Shown here: positions 10,690-22,962 of the stretch, one piece after another
How the letters are laid out: the number at the start of each line of letters is the position of its first letter
Numbering within the stretch: position 1 is the first letter of the stretch
Source: Podarcis muralis
Lineage: Eukaryota
Assembly (NCBI RefSeq): GCF_964188315.1
Contig: NC_135655.1
Span: 82,956,001-83,020,000, forward strand
Direction of reading: 5' to 3'
DNA length: 64,000 bases
Notes under the pieces: model-generated
Database searches by the model: none
Seen by the model: the letters and a program-made list of their open reading frames with translations, nothing else
Told to the model about the DNA's origin: nothing
Made by a program: the position numbers and the translations under genes

Positions 10690-10850
10690 GTCTATTTACA
10701 GCTTCCTAGCAGCAGTTTAGACATGCTGGCCATCTGACCTGGAAAGCTGTCTGTGGACAAACGCTGGCTCCCTTGGCCTGAAAAGCAAGATGAGCGTCAC
10801 AACCCCATAGTCGCCTTTGACTGGACAACCATCCAGGGGTCCTTTACCTT
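10690..10850 (+). mobile_element. Degenerate Sauria-type SINE 3' part
   Basis: catgctggccatctgacctggaaagctgtctgtggacaaacgc...ggggtcctttacctt matches other copies in the window. Confidence 0.7.
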
Positions 10851-11867
10851 AGCACTTAGTAAACTGAGTATCAGGTCAGAATTCAAAAAGTAAAGGCATG
10901 ATAGTGCTTTGCAATGAAAGGAACGGAGCACAGATGCGCACCATCGGCCTGTGACAGAATCAGCAGCAGCCCAAGAGAGATGTTGGGACATCCTCTCCCC
11001 CATCTTCCCAGGGCCTGCTCAGGAAAGACCTGTGTGAAGTGTGGTAAAGCAGAAGGGAGGCCGCTCAGACCCAAACACTTGCGCCACCACCTCCCTGTAG
11101 GCTTGAATGTACTCCTTCACTCTACATTTTATGTAATTTCTTTCTTTTAGGATTGCATTCTGCAGTAAAATTGGTGGGAAGAGTTTAGTAATGAAAGGGA
11201 CTTCCTATCTTACTCCTATGAAATAGGATTTTAAGATTATGCAGCTATCTAAAATAATTTAATCAAGCCCATATTCTCTGGCTCTTGTCACTCACCTGAG
11301 TGAAGGTCTCTGTGGAGAGAGCATGTGACCTGCGACTGAGGCCTTGAATGGTTTTCAGAATCCCCACAGTTCTCAGCCCCCTACTTAGGGGGAAACTGGA
11401 ATTTCTGGCAGGGGAAAAGGATTGCGAGGGTGATTCAGTGAAATTACATATCCACTCTCCATTTTCATTAAAACTAGAGTCAGATTACAGCAAGTAATTG
11501 GCAAGACAAATTTATAATGTGGGGCCTGAAGAGGGAAGGGTCTCTGCTCCAGCAAAAAAAGAAAAGGTTAACAGAGTACTTAAGTCGAACAAGCATTTGC
11601 TTCCTCTATCCTTACCCCTCATGAAGCTACTATTCTGAGCACCCTTAAAAAAACTACATTTCCCAGGATTCTTTTGGAGGGGGAAGATGCTTAAAATGCA
11701 TAATGTGTGCGCAGCCTTTCTCCTGGAAGCTTAATTTCCCAGATTTAAGATTATGATAGAAAATCTCTTTTATATAGTTGGTTTCTAACTTTACTGAAGT
11801 CAAGGATAGAAGGCTACAAACTGAGTCTGAGGCTCTAACTCAGGGCAACTGAACATAACTCTCCCAT

Positions 11868-12103
11868 ATGTTGTAGCAGTTGCTACCAGAGTGCAGGACG
11901 AGGACCTGGGAGACGACCAGGGTTCAAATCCCCACTTTGTCATGAAAGTTCTATCTGACCCATGGTCAGTCACTGTCTCTCAGCCTGATCTACCTCACTG
12001 GGTGGTTGTGAGGATAAAAAGGGGAGAAGGAGAGCCATGTTTGCCACCTTGTGCTCCTCACTAGAAGATGGGATTTAAATGAAATCAATCAATCAATCAA
12101 ATA
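11868..12103 (+). mobile_element. Squam3/MIR-related tRNA-derived SINE
   Basis: ggacctgggagac...ggttcaaatcccc B box, cagtcactgtctctcagcct, (AATC)n tail; similar to 23380-23617 and 40003-40397. Confidence 0.7.
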
Positions 12104-13233
12104 CAAGACTCTTTTGTGTAATAATGTTCCCTACATGGAAAAACAGTCACCTGGCTGCTTCCTCACTATCTTTGCTTTTGTCCACGCTGCATATTGGTTA
12201 TACCAGGAAGGAAAATCCAGCTTGATCTGCTCTTGTCTCAGCAGAATGATCAGCAAATGAAGGGGTATTGTTCCATTTTTTAAAACAACCATATAAAGTT
12301 AAGCTTTTTCACCTTCCAGGGGTGTCATCCAAAGGGGGAGGGGGCTGAGGGACCTCCTTCCCCCCAAAAAAAAATCAAGAAGGGGGCCAGGCTCCCTCAG
12401 TATGTATTGGGAAAGCAGAAAAAAATAAAATTCAAACCCTTCCTTGTTTTCAGGAAGGTCTGTCAAATCTTCACCAACAAAAAAAACCTCAACTTGAGGT
12501 GGTTTACCATGCACATCCTAGAGATCTATGAGCAAACATTCATTGCATTTTATAAGTTTTATAATAAAGTTATTATGGGGAAAGGTTTTCCTTATGTTCT
12601 GCAACAGGTTCAATGGTGCCTTCCGGTTCAAAATATGATTGAGAAAAAATATTTCTGGAAAGAAGAAAAAAATGATGGAAAGCCTGTCCGCCCCCCCAGA
12701 CAAAGCAATAAAAGTGTTTTGTGGAACTAGAGCACATAGTGTTAGTTTGTAATCTCCATTCCACAGTGTAGGATAAAGAGGGGCCTATGATAATCATAAG
12801 TGAACTGTTTTCAATGCCATATTTATTAATAAAATAAATGATGGTGCTTAGATACCCACAATTGCAAGTGGTGGTGGTATCCTTGATTTGCCTCCCGTTA
12901 TATGATAAATGGTTGGGCCATCCCTTATTTGCCAAGTTAGACTGTGGCAATCATAACCGGACAACATGCACACGGGACTCTTGTGCTAGATCACCCCAGG
13001 ATTATAAAGGATTTAACATTTTTAAAAATAAACTATTAATTCAGCAACACAAAAAACATAGTTTTATCCAACTTGCCATGGATTTAAGGGACCAGTTTTT
13101 GCACACCCTTGTGAATCAACAAACACATCAAAATAAGTGGGGAAATAACTGTTGTGGACATCTAGCGATTGATGTGATGTGTGATGTGGCGAAAACATTT
13201 TCATAGACTCAAAGGATTAATGAAGTGCGCTTC

Positions 13234-13252
13234 TGGCCACCAGGTGTCGCTT
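13234..13252 (+). promoter_or_regulatory. Putative CTCF site
   Basis: TGGCCACCAGGTGTCGCTT versus consensus TGGCCACCAGGGGGCGCTA; motif match only. Confidence 0.5.
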
Positions 13253-16090
13253 TTGCCCCCATCAAATGCCACAGCCAGGCTCTATTTAAGCGGGCCATGA
13301 AAAATATTAAAAACTAGAAGCTAGCTGTTTAATTTGTCTTCATCAACCAACATGAGGCGGGAAACTGTAAAGCTCAGATTACAGCTATACCTTAGGGTTC
13401 TCATAATAAATCTAGGGCAAATCTCCTACTTAATGGAGAGATGAGCTCTAAAATCCCCACTGTTAAAAAGTAAATATCTGATTCTTAGGGCTGCTAACAT
13501 GGGTAAGGACACTGGTTATTTTGCTTGTCATATCCACTTTGAAAATAAATATCAATGTCTAAGTCCTATACTCAAGGCAGATGCTGTTGGTTTTCAGCTC
13601 CTATCAACCCCAGTCAGCATGGCCAATGGTCAAGGATAATGGGACTTAGGGTCCAGGAATATCTGAAGGGTGACAGGTTAGCCATTCCTGCTCTAATTTT
13701 TTTTAAAGGGGCATTAGTAGTCAGCTTTCCCATGATGCAACTAGCACCCATCTTTATATCACCATCACAATAATCACCTTAATATCCAGCTCATTCTAAT
13801 ACATCAATGAGGCGAATGTATAATCTGAATATTAATTTTCCAGCTCCGACATGGGCAGGTACAGTTAGCTATAAAACTAAGATCTTGCCAAAATCTCATG
13901 AGAGCTCACAGCGTTTACGAGATCTTGCTAGAATGTGCCGCTATGCAACTCAAGTGAGGAGGTGAGGGGGGTGGCATGTTCGCATTTCGCCTCAGGCAGT
14001 GAAACGGAATGTGCTGCCCCTGAAAACAAGGAGCTCTGATCCCCCAGAGGCAAAACCAACTGCTTCTAGATTTGTCCCCATCCTTCTCCATGCTGAATAC
14101 AACAATGGCAATGCTGAAACTAAGGTGCCACCACCTCTCGACAGGTTGCAAGAAGGCAGGCAGGCAGCTGGGAACTAGCTGGGGGCAGGCTGAGGCTGGT
14201 GGTGCGGCGCTCCATTTGCCCCAATAGACCAGGCTTCGCAGGATGAAAGCGGAACTAAATACTGTTTGGAGATTCCCTACTTCTGCCTTGATAGGATGGT
14301 ACACTTCAGCCCCATTCATGGTGCAGATCAGCACACAATTTATCTCAGCCTATGTCCATATCTCCCCGCACTCCCTGAGGTCACATCTAGATAGATGACA
14401 CAATAGGAAATGTACAATTGGACATCCCATGGGTTTTTTGAAAGGCCATTGCTGCTGCACGGCTGCCAGGTTCTGCAGCAGTGGAGGAAAGTGGGTTCCC
14501 CTCCACCCTAACATAGACAGAGTGGGGCTTGCACCCATGGCTCTGAGATTAAGAGTCTAATGCTCTCCCAACTGAGATTTCCATCCATCCAATGCAATTT
14601 TCCCAGTTGAAGTCCTCCTAAAGTTGCTACTTGCCCTGCCACTCTGTCTAGTCGCTCCTTTACTCACAGGGGCAAAACAACGCTGGGTTGACTCCAAAGA
14701 GTCCTTGATCAAACATAGGTTCCTGAATAATGCCCTCCCCAGAGCCCAATATGTTTCCCACAAAGCACTGAAAATGGAGGATAAGGGGGCTGCCACTACA
14801 GCCATATAAAAATGCCTGTGGTTAGTACAGCTGCCGTGGAGACTGCCATTGACCAGGCCTTCGGTTAGCATTACAGCCTGCCTGGCTAGTGGACAAGTCC
14901 AGGGCAGACGACTGTGGGCAAGGGGTGGCTGTGGTTAGCTCAAGGTTGTTTCCTGGCCTCCTTCATGGAGGCTTTGTCCCCTGCTGGGAATCAAGACTGA
15001 GTCAGTTTCTTTCCAGGGCAAGAAACTCCAGGAGACAAAGGCAAAGCAGGAGATGCTGACCCCAGATGCTGCCCCAGACTCACCCCTGGGAGTTAGGAAT
15101 CCACTAGGGCATGAATCATCAGGCTGCCCCCCTACCCCACAAGGAGCAAGCGGGGTCTGGGAGAAAGGAGACCTGAACAAGTAGGACAAGGATCAATGCA
15201 GCCTCTCTAGCCCTCTCTCCCCCTTCACCCTCAGCCTTTCTCCAGCCTTCCTTTTATCCTTACGCTATGCAATGACTAATGTATTTTACTAGGCTCAGCT
15301 CCAGCTATGGGCTTCATTTTATGGAGCTACGGTGGAGGCCTGACCTGCTTTTATGAACCAAAATCCACATCCTTAGTTCTTGACTCAGAAAAAGAAGAAT
15401 GCAATCCATTGGTTTCAGGGAAGACTGGCAAAGACCATTCTCAACACCCACTGATGTCCCTCAGGCTCTCTTGGCCCATTTGCTATGGCCCAGGGCTTAA
15501 ATCCTCTTAGCAGATGCAAATTTTGCCCAGCAGGGATGCATCATTTTCATTTGTACATATTCATTAGGTGTAGCATCTCCTTTAAATGCTCTCTATAAAC
15601 AGGTTGCCCCGTTCACCCCAAAAACATTTTGACATCTGAGGCAAACCGCAAAATGGCACTCCCATCCCCACTGGAAGAAGGGGTGAGTCAAGATCTAAAT
15701 CAGGAACAGGGGGGAATAAAGATCTACATTGGGGTCTGCTGCTCTTATTGATCCTGCCACTCAAGGGGGTTGCCTCATCTTGCCTTATCCAGCCCAGTTT
15801 GCCCTTCATTTTAGAGCACATATTCCAGCTGTAACAATATGTCTTATAGAGCACCAACTGTCTTGCTTTAATATTGGATTGAACGAACTTGCTCACTGAC
15901 AGTGGTAGCATTCAAGAACCAGATTTGAATATCACAGGTTGGTTCCCATCAAAGTAGGGTTCGGCTGTTTTATTAGTGTATCCCAGTACCTTGACTCAAT
16001 GCCAAGCACTATTTGTCAATAAACTACAGGATCAGTATGGGTTGTGGCTAACGTTGTGTGAAAGCGGCTACAAAAATTACCAAGGGGGAG

Positions 16091-16358
16091 TGTTATGTAC
16101 TTGAGCTGAATCCTAGATCAATAGGATCCAGAATGCAGCAGTCTGATTGGTCCGCAGGAGCCACCCAATCCAGCTCCAGGTGGAAGTGAATCAGCGACCT
16201 GATTGGCCTACAGGAGTAGCCCGGAATTAGCCAATCATGTGGGGCCCATTGTGTAAATAATGTATATACATCTAGACCTTTTGGGGAAAGTTTCATTCAT
16301 TGCTACTATGAGCTTAATAAAGAGCATGAAATTCACACTCGACTCCGGGTATATTTCA
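16091..16358 (+). mobile_element. Solo LTR (268 bp)
   Basis: TG...CA termini (TGTTATG...ATTTCA), 4-bp target duplication GGAG (16087-16090, 16359-16362), CCAAT boxes and internal AATAAA. Confidence 0.8.
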
Positions 16359-18274
16359 GGGAGGGCACTGTGTGAGGAGTTAAGCAATAATGTAAACAGA
16401 TCCTTAATGTTCCCTTAGGTTTCCCCCTCTTCTATCATTGCACCTTTCTGGCTATAACAGTCCTGATCAAAGCAGCTAGAAACAAAGTAGACCATGAGGC
16501 CTCCCACCTCAAAAGGGTGCCTGAGTGGCCAGTAGGAAGGGGCATCTGAAGAAACCTTGGAAGTGAAGAAGTTGGGGTGGTTAACTTTTAGGGATGGGAT
16601 TCTTGGTGGGAGCAGAGCCTTGTAGTACAGAATGAGAAACTAGAGTAGGTGTTTGGGGAGGGGGAGAGGAAGAGAGGGATTGTAGATCTGGATAATTTTT
16701 TATCTGCCCCGACCCAAGGTGTAGAGCTAAACAAGAAAACCATCCAAGGGGAAGTGAATTCTTAACTCAAGAAGAAGGCAGCTGCCACAAAAAAGTTCCT
16801 GCACCAAGAAGCAGGTGATAAGGAAGACTTGTGCATAACTACCCCAGGGAGGAAATCTGGAAGGAGGACTGGAGCAGGTTTGTTGTCATGCAGCAGCCTT
16901 AAAGAGGGAGACGCAATGAAAATCATCTGGAGAGTTGCACAAGAGGAGCAGAGGCGCTATAGCCCAGCTCCTTTGACTGTCACAAGCAATGCATGTGATG
17001 GATGGAGAGAGTGGGGGGTAGACAGGGGACGAGCCAGAAGGTTGGGCTCTGTTCTCTCCCTGTTGAATGCTGTAGTGATCTCACCACAGCTGGAAAGGGG
17101 CCAAGCAGCCAACCTGGATGCTGAGACCCTCAAGTTATCTATCTCCGGGGGCTATGGCTGGCTTCTCACAGTCTGTATTGTGCGGCACATTTTAAGAGGT
17201 GAGGCGTGGGAGGCCCTGCTAGTGACAGCAGGCGGGGGGGGGGGGACTTGGAGCAAGGATATTTCTGCTGTATTCCTGGCTCAGAGATGGGAGTAAGATC
17301 TACGGCGGCTGAGTAGGAGACCAAGAAGGATGGAGCTGGAATCTGGAATCTGCAGTCCACCCTGGTTGTTGGTTCTTCTGGGGTTTTTTTGTCAGCTGCT
17401 GAGACTGTCTCTTTCTGTTTATGGACTCCAGCAGCGTTTTATCGCCTTCATAGTGTGGCTCAGGAATAAGCGTCTTCCGACTGGTTGACATTCTCCCTGT
17501 TCTCTTGGTACTTCGGGGAAGAACAGTTTATCAAAAAGCAGCTGCTGGATGTTACAAGTGCCCTCTACACAGTTACCTTAGGACCCCCCCCCCCAAGTTT
17601 CAGAGAAAGGAAATGGGCACCTATATATATGTGTGACATAACCTTGAGACCCACTGCTACTCTTTCTCTTGAAATGGGCCGAGAGCAGAAGCTGCTTTCA
17701 CCTTTGGTCCCTGTGTAGTTAGGCAGCCAGGCTGCATTCAAGAGAAGTTATGGTGAATCAGGCAAAGGGAGCCATCATCTCCTGCCTGTTCCTCTTTGCC
17801 GTCATCCCAGTATATTCTGCAATGCATATTCCTCTCCATCACACTCCGACAGCATCTGACCAGGAAGCCATGGCGTGCTGTTGTTGGTTTTTGCTCCTCC
17901 TGTCTCTTGTGGAGGCCCCAGGTTCAGAATTTATTGTGAACTGCGAAGAGCCTTGGTGTCTTTCACTTATCCCTTTTTGAACATTCAATCTGATTTGTTT
18001 TCTGGGAGGTCTGGTGATAGCTGCAGACACACCACACATTTAGAGCAAAAAGCTTTCCCCCAAGAATCCTGGGAACTGTCATTTACCCAGCACAGAGCTA
18101 TAATTCCCAGCACCCTTAGCAATCTACAATTCCCAGGATTCTTGGGCGGGGGTGTCATGTCCCATCTTCATGTACCTCTCCACGAGAGGTCCAGAGAGTG
18201 GCAACACCTTTTCTGCACCGGTTCTCTGTTTGTGGAATGCTCTCCCCAGGGAGTTTTAGCTGGCTCCTTAATTA

Positions 18275-18275
<1 letters not shown>

Positions 18276-18310
<35 letters not shown>

Positions 18311-18334
18311 CATCATCATCATCATCATCATCAT
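18276..18334. repeat. Compound (TTA)n(CAT)n microsatellite, tail of an L2-like fragment
   Basis: Direct reading. Confidence 0.9.
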
Positions 18335-18945
18335 TTATTAAATCTGTTTACCACCCTTCATCACAAGATCTCAGGGCAGTTCAAAGAATAAAATACAAGA
18401 TAAAAAACAAGTAAATAATTTAAATTTAAATTTATTTTATTATTTAAAAATAATTTAAATAATAAAAATTATTTTGTTCCCACAGACACTTTTAAAAGAC
18501 TGTGGAATATTAAACAACCAAAGGCCTGGTTGAAGAGGAATGTTTTCACTTGGCGCCTAAAATATATATAATGAAGGCGCCAGGCGAACCTCTCTGAGGA
18601 AAGCATTCTATAAATGGGGAGCCACTACAGAAAAGGCCTGTTCTCGTGTTGCCACCTTCACGTGGAGGAGGCCCACAAAGAAGGGCCTAAGTTGATGAAT
18701 GCAAAATCTGAGACAGTTTATATACCTTTAGGGGCCAGGTGAAAATGTTCCTCTTCAACCGGGCCTTTGGCTAATTGACATCTGATGCCCTTATAAATGT
18801 GTTGTGGGAAGGGGAGATTATTTGTTTTTTGTTCCTATTTTCATGATATATGTTGTGTGTTTTTTAATATTGTAATTTTATGTTGTGAACCGTCCTAAGA
18901 TCTACAGATGAAGGGCAGTATACAAATTTAATTAATTAATTAACA
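18332..18945. mobile_element. Two L2-like LINE 3' fragments head to head (minus about 18332-18715, plus about 18727-18945)
   Basis: 18518-18561 is the reverse complement of 18727-18770 (5 mismatches in 44); both end in A/T-rich tails; family assignment from recall. Confidence 0.6.
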
Positions 18946-20470
18946 ATGTGCTTTAAATGTATAGTGTGTACACAGGCAAAGTTATGTCTAAGCAACTGTT
19001 CTCCAATACTTTCCAGTGCATTTTCCTTATCACAGAAATTCTGATTGTTTGAGGAAGCCAGCTTGCTGCCATGGCTTCTCAATAAACCGTAATTGCACCG
19101 CCTGAATTTGCTGGCACGTCACTGAATCCCACCCAAAAACAGAGGTGGACATTAGGGCTCGCTCTTGCCTCGTTTACTCAGCTGGAAATGGCCAAGATTG
19201 ATCCTACAAGGATAGATGGCCAACAACTCTTATGCACAGAGACAGGATATCCTGGTTGTACTGCAATGGATGGAAAGCTACTACTGTGGTTCAAATTAGG
19301 AGGTGAACTTTCCCCCATCGCTGTGGTTCTGGAGTCAGCAACGTGATGCCCATGGGACCCGAGAGGGCTCTTGTGGCACTTGCTAGGCCACCTGCTCTGC
19401 TCCCCACCCCCCAAGATTAACACACATCCAAAATAGAATTAAAATTGTGTCCCTGTGTTGCTGCTCCAGCTGCTTGTGGCTCCTTGCTAGGTTTTTGTCG
19501 CACCTGCCCCTTCTGTTCTGCTTAGAGGGCAGGTGGCCTTTGGATTGGTTGGAGGAAGAAAGATAAGGGCCTGTGATGGTGGCGGTGAAGTGTGTCTGTG
19601 TGTCCATGTCCTGAGGAAGGAAAGGTAGCAAGGGGAGGGCAGACAGAAAAGAGGTGGGGATGTTGGGGGTGAAAAAAGAAGCCATGGGAAGGCAATAAAG
19701 GGGTAAGCCGAAGCAATGGATGAAGGGTGGGTGGAGCCTCAGGGGAGTAAAAAAAGGGAGCAGATGGGGCCTGGGATGTAGGCAAAAGGAGGAATGTGTG
19801 TGTTGGGATGAATTTGGTGAATGCTTATAAATGGGTGGATGGTGTGCGGAATATGTGTACAGGGATGTGTACAGGGATCCACAAAAAGAGAGTTTTGTCA
19901 TTGGTCACTATCCCATGGCAGCCATTTTGGGGTGTGGAGCCCACAGGTGTTTTTTAAAAAAAAAAAAACACCACAATGTACCCACAAATCCAGGCCACAG
20001 CTTCCACTATCTTTGTGCTGGAGCTCATGTTCTCCTTTGCATTTATTTTAGGACATAAAATGGGAGGGGAAGGAGATAGATAGGTTCTGGGGCCAATGCA
20101 ATAATCCTGTGAGTTGAGCTTCTCCCATCTGCATCATCGCTTTTGGGGGCAAAGTGAGTGACCCAGGATTTGTTTGGCTTAAAGGAGATGGCACACTGTG
20201 TATTTCATGACCCCGGCCTTCTTGTTGCAGGCGTGGGGAACCTGTGGCTCTATGGAGGTTGTGGACTCCATCTCCCATTAGTCCCCAGCTCACAAGTCCA
20301 ATGAATGATGGGGGCACTGGGTACAAAACCCACACCTTATGGGCAGGTCAGTTGAATGAAGGCATCTGAATGCACACACAAAGTTTGTTTACTGCGTATA
20401 AAAGAAGATCTGCCCACACCATGCTCTGCAGAGAAACAAATAAAGCCAGCATAGCTCCTGGAGAAAGCCT

Positions 20471-20550
20471 TTTATTTGTTAATACAAGAATAGAAATTCT
20501 GCAATAAATACAATCTAATAAATAACATCTGAAAATAAATAAATATTAAT
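20471..20550 (-). promoter_or_regulatory. CLCF1: CLCF1 distal polyadenylation signal and AU-rich element cluster
   Basis: AATAAA on minus at 20471-20476, preceded by four ATTTA pentamers (20505-20544) including TTATTTATT. Confidence 0.75.
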
Positions 20551-21569
20551 ACAGACAAACTGAGAATAACACAACCTGACAGTGGGGAGGGGGGGCAGAA
20601 GGAGAGGAGAGGGGAGGGGAGGGGAGAGAGAGAGAACTTTGGACTGGGCCACCTATGGGAAACTCCTCCCCTTGTCCTTTGCTGGTGACAGTAAACCGCA
20701 CAGCCTCACTAGGCCCGCCTGCCACAGTGGGGAGGGAGAGGTACAGGCAGGCGGAGACCACTGCTGGGGCTGGCTAGGAAGATGGCCCTGTCGTGGGCAA
20801 CTCTGCTGCAGCTTTTGGCTTTGATGAAAGATAGGGGAGCCTCTTGAGTTGACCACTGCAAAAGAGAGAGAAAAAGGCTGAAAGCTCGCCAGTGCCTGCA
20901 TTAAACCGTATCCCTTATGCTTCATGCCTCATTGCAACGCCTATTCAGAGTCCCATTTTGCCCTTGCGGGGTGAGGTTGCCTCTAGAGCAGGGGTAGGGA
21001 ACTGCCAGCCTGCAATCTTCCCACCCTACCTGCTGCCTAGCTGATCAGGAATCAAGGGAGCAGGCCTGGGACACTGCTCTCTTCCTTGCTGCTCACCTGT
21101 TCCTCAGTCAGGAGGAGACTGCAGGGAGGGGAGGTTGTGCATGTTTGCAGCGCAATGTGCATGCATGTGTCTGAGAAAGGGGGCATGTGTAGGGCAGCCC
21201 CCTTTGCAGCCCACCGCTCATCTGCCACCCAATCTCCTGAGCAGCTGGTGGATAGAGATGAGACTGCATAGAGTGGAGTTCTCTGCATGTCTGTGCACAT
21301 GTGTGTGTTGGGGGGGTGAAAGAGAGCATAAGGTATCTCCACCTGCTGCAAGCTCTGGCTCTGTCTGCTTTGCTTTTGGCGCCTGGAAGAATTAACCAGG
21401 TGGGGATGTGACCCCCAGCTTCAGGAAGGTTCCCCACCCCTGCTGCAGAGTTCATGGCCCGAAAGGAAGGCCAGAGCTGGGCATCATCTTAAGCCAGCGG
21501 GTTTGATCAGAGGCAGGTTTGTGGGAAGTAAACCCCCTTCGTAAGCACCTAATTGGCACAATCCTCTAT

Positions 21570-21574
<5 letters not shown>

Positions 21575-21604
<30 letters not shown>
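21575..21604. repeat. (AG)n microsatellite in CLCF1 3'UTR
   Basis: Direct reading. Confidence 0.9.
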
Positions 21605-21608
<4 letters not shown>

Positions 21609-22058
21609 CAAGCAGGAACCCAGGCTCTGGGGGAGCTCCATTTAAGGAGAGCAGAGCGCCAGAGGTGGAGGCTGCCAGATGTTCGCTGCCCTGCAGCCAG
21701 GGCTTTATTGCTCATCACTGGGGTGGGAGGGAGCAGGGCTTTTCCTCTGATCCTGGAAAATTAATGGCCCCCTCTGGGAAGAACAAGAGAAAGGCAGGCC
21801 ACTAAGAAGGCGGAGGAAAGAAGGGAAGGAAGAAACAGATAGGTGTGGGTTTGCTCACCTAGAGGCACGGCTTCATAATAGAGAGCAGTGCAGCACCATG
21901 AAGGTGTGGCAGCAGGAGTCAGGTTGGAGGTGGGTTGGAGGTGGAGAGGGGCAGGCAGGCTGTGGATGGGGGGGGGCTCTGGAAAGCCCTTGGCCTTGAG
22001 GGGCGGGTATGACGTCAGTGGACGAGGCGAAGGCAGAGAGGCTGGTGAAGGGCAGGGC

Positions 22059-22541
22059 TCAGAAGCCCCTGCTCTCGAGGTGCAGCATAACAGCAGAAGG
22101 GGGCACCCTCTTGCGCAGCCTGTTGAAGTCCTTGGCCGAGCGCCACAGCCAGGTCTGCAGCTCCTTGAGCAGCCAAAAGTCGTCCATCTTGCGCAGGAAC
22201 TGGCTGCGGAGCGGAGGCGTACCATCCGTCGGCGTGGGCGGAAGCTGGTAGCCCAGGGAAGCCATGATGCCAGCGATGGAGCCCAGCAGCCCTTGCAGGC
22301 TGGCGCGGAAGTGTGCGAGGCTGTGGCGCAGGGTGGGCATGGCGACTGGGGATTTCCCATCCATGGTGCTCAGGTAGCACAGCAGGTGGCTGTAGGCCTG
22401 GTAGTTGGCTGCCAGCCGGGCATTGTCATTCAGGCTGTGCCATTCCTGAAAGTCCACGGTGGCGCTGGGCACAGCCTCTGCCCCGATTAGCCGGGGAGGA
22501 TCAAAGTCCGGCTCATTGAAAGGTGGCCCCAGGTAGCTGAG
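22059..22541 (-). CDS. CLCF1: Cardiotrophin-like cytokine factor 1, last coding exon (160 aa plus stop)
   Basis: ccaccctcag|CTC acceptor; LSYLGPPFNEPDFDPPRL and FLRKMDDFWLLKELQTWLWRSAKDFNRL nearly identical to mammalian CLCF1; TGA 22059-22061. Confidence 0.97.
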   Translation of the reverse strand, partial: LSYLGPPFNEPDFDPPRLIGAEAVPSATVDFQEWHSLNDNARLAANYQAYSHLLCYLSTMDGKSPVAMPTLRHSLAHFRASLQGLLGSIAGIMASLGYQLPPTPTDGTPPLRSQFLRKMDDFWLLKELQTWLWRSAKDFNRLRKRVPPSAVMLHLESRGF

Positions 22542-22916
22542 CTGAGGGTGGAAAGACAAGCGGGTGGTTAGACATGCTTATTATACGGGAGTAGCGCAGT
22601 TGCACATACCATTCCACTCATCCTTTCCACAAGCTCTTCCTCCCGCTCCCACTCAGTGAGGCAGTGAGGTATGGCAGTATGAGAGCGAGCAATTTTAATT
22701 CCTTAGTGATATGCACAACAACACCAGGCATGAGTGCACACTGACATCCTTTATTAGTCTGAACAGCTGCATTGTGTATGTGTGCCCGGTGCATGCAAAT
22801 ATTATGGGATCCACTGACATGCTGATTATCTCCTTTTTACCCGGTGACATATTGCGACTGCAGCACGGTCAGATAGGCACTTAGTGAGAGATCCCTGCTT
22901 TGCCCTGAATATTCTG

Positions 22917-22917
<1 letters not shown>

Positions 22918-22960
<43 letters not shown>
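22918..22960. repeat. (CA)n microsatellite in CLCF1 intron 2
   Basis: Direct reading. Confidence 0.95.

Positions 22961-22962
<2 letters not shown>

Noticed and set aside
16978-17490. Second solo LTR (TGTCA...TGACA) and POLD4-like start MSTSRKTLI
   Set aside because: No target duplication at the ends and no further POLD4 similarity; probably an unclassified repeat
9300-20400. POLD4 or CNTF between GLYATL and CLCF1
   Set aside because: No FDLxWxYGPC or LCSRxIxLARK-like peptides seen in the ORF track or by eye; a tblastn would be needed to exclude small diverged exons
21761-22519. Long overlapping ORFs (199-200 aa) around CLCF1 exon 3
   Set aside because: Shadow frames of a GC-rich coding exon; low-complexity translations
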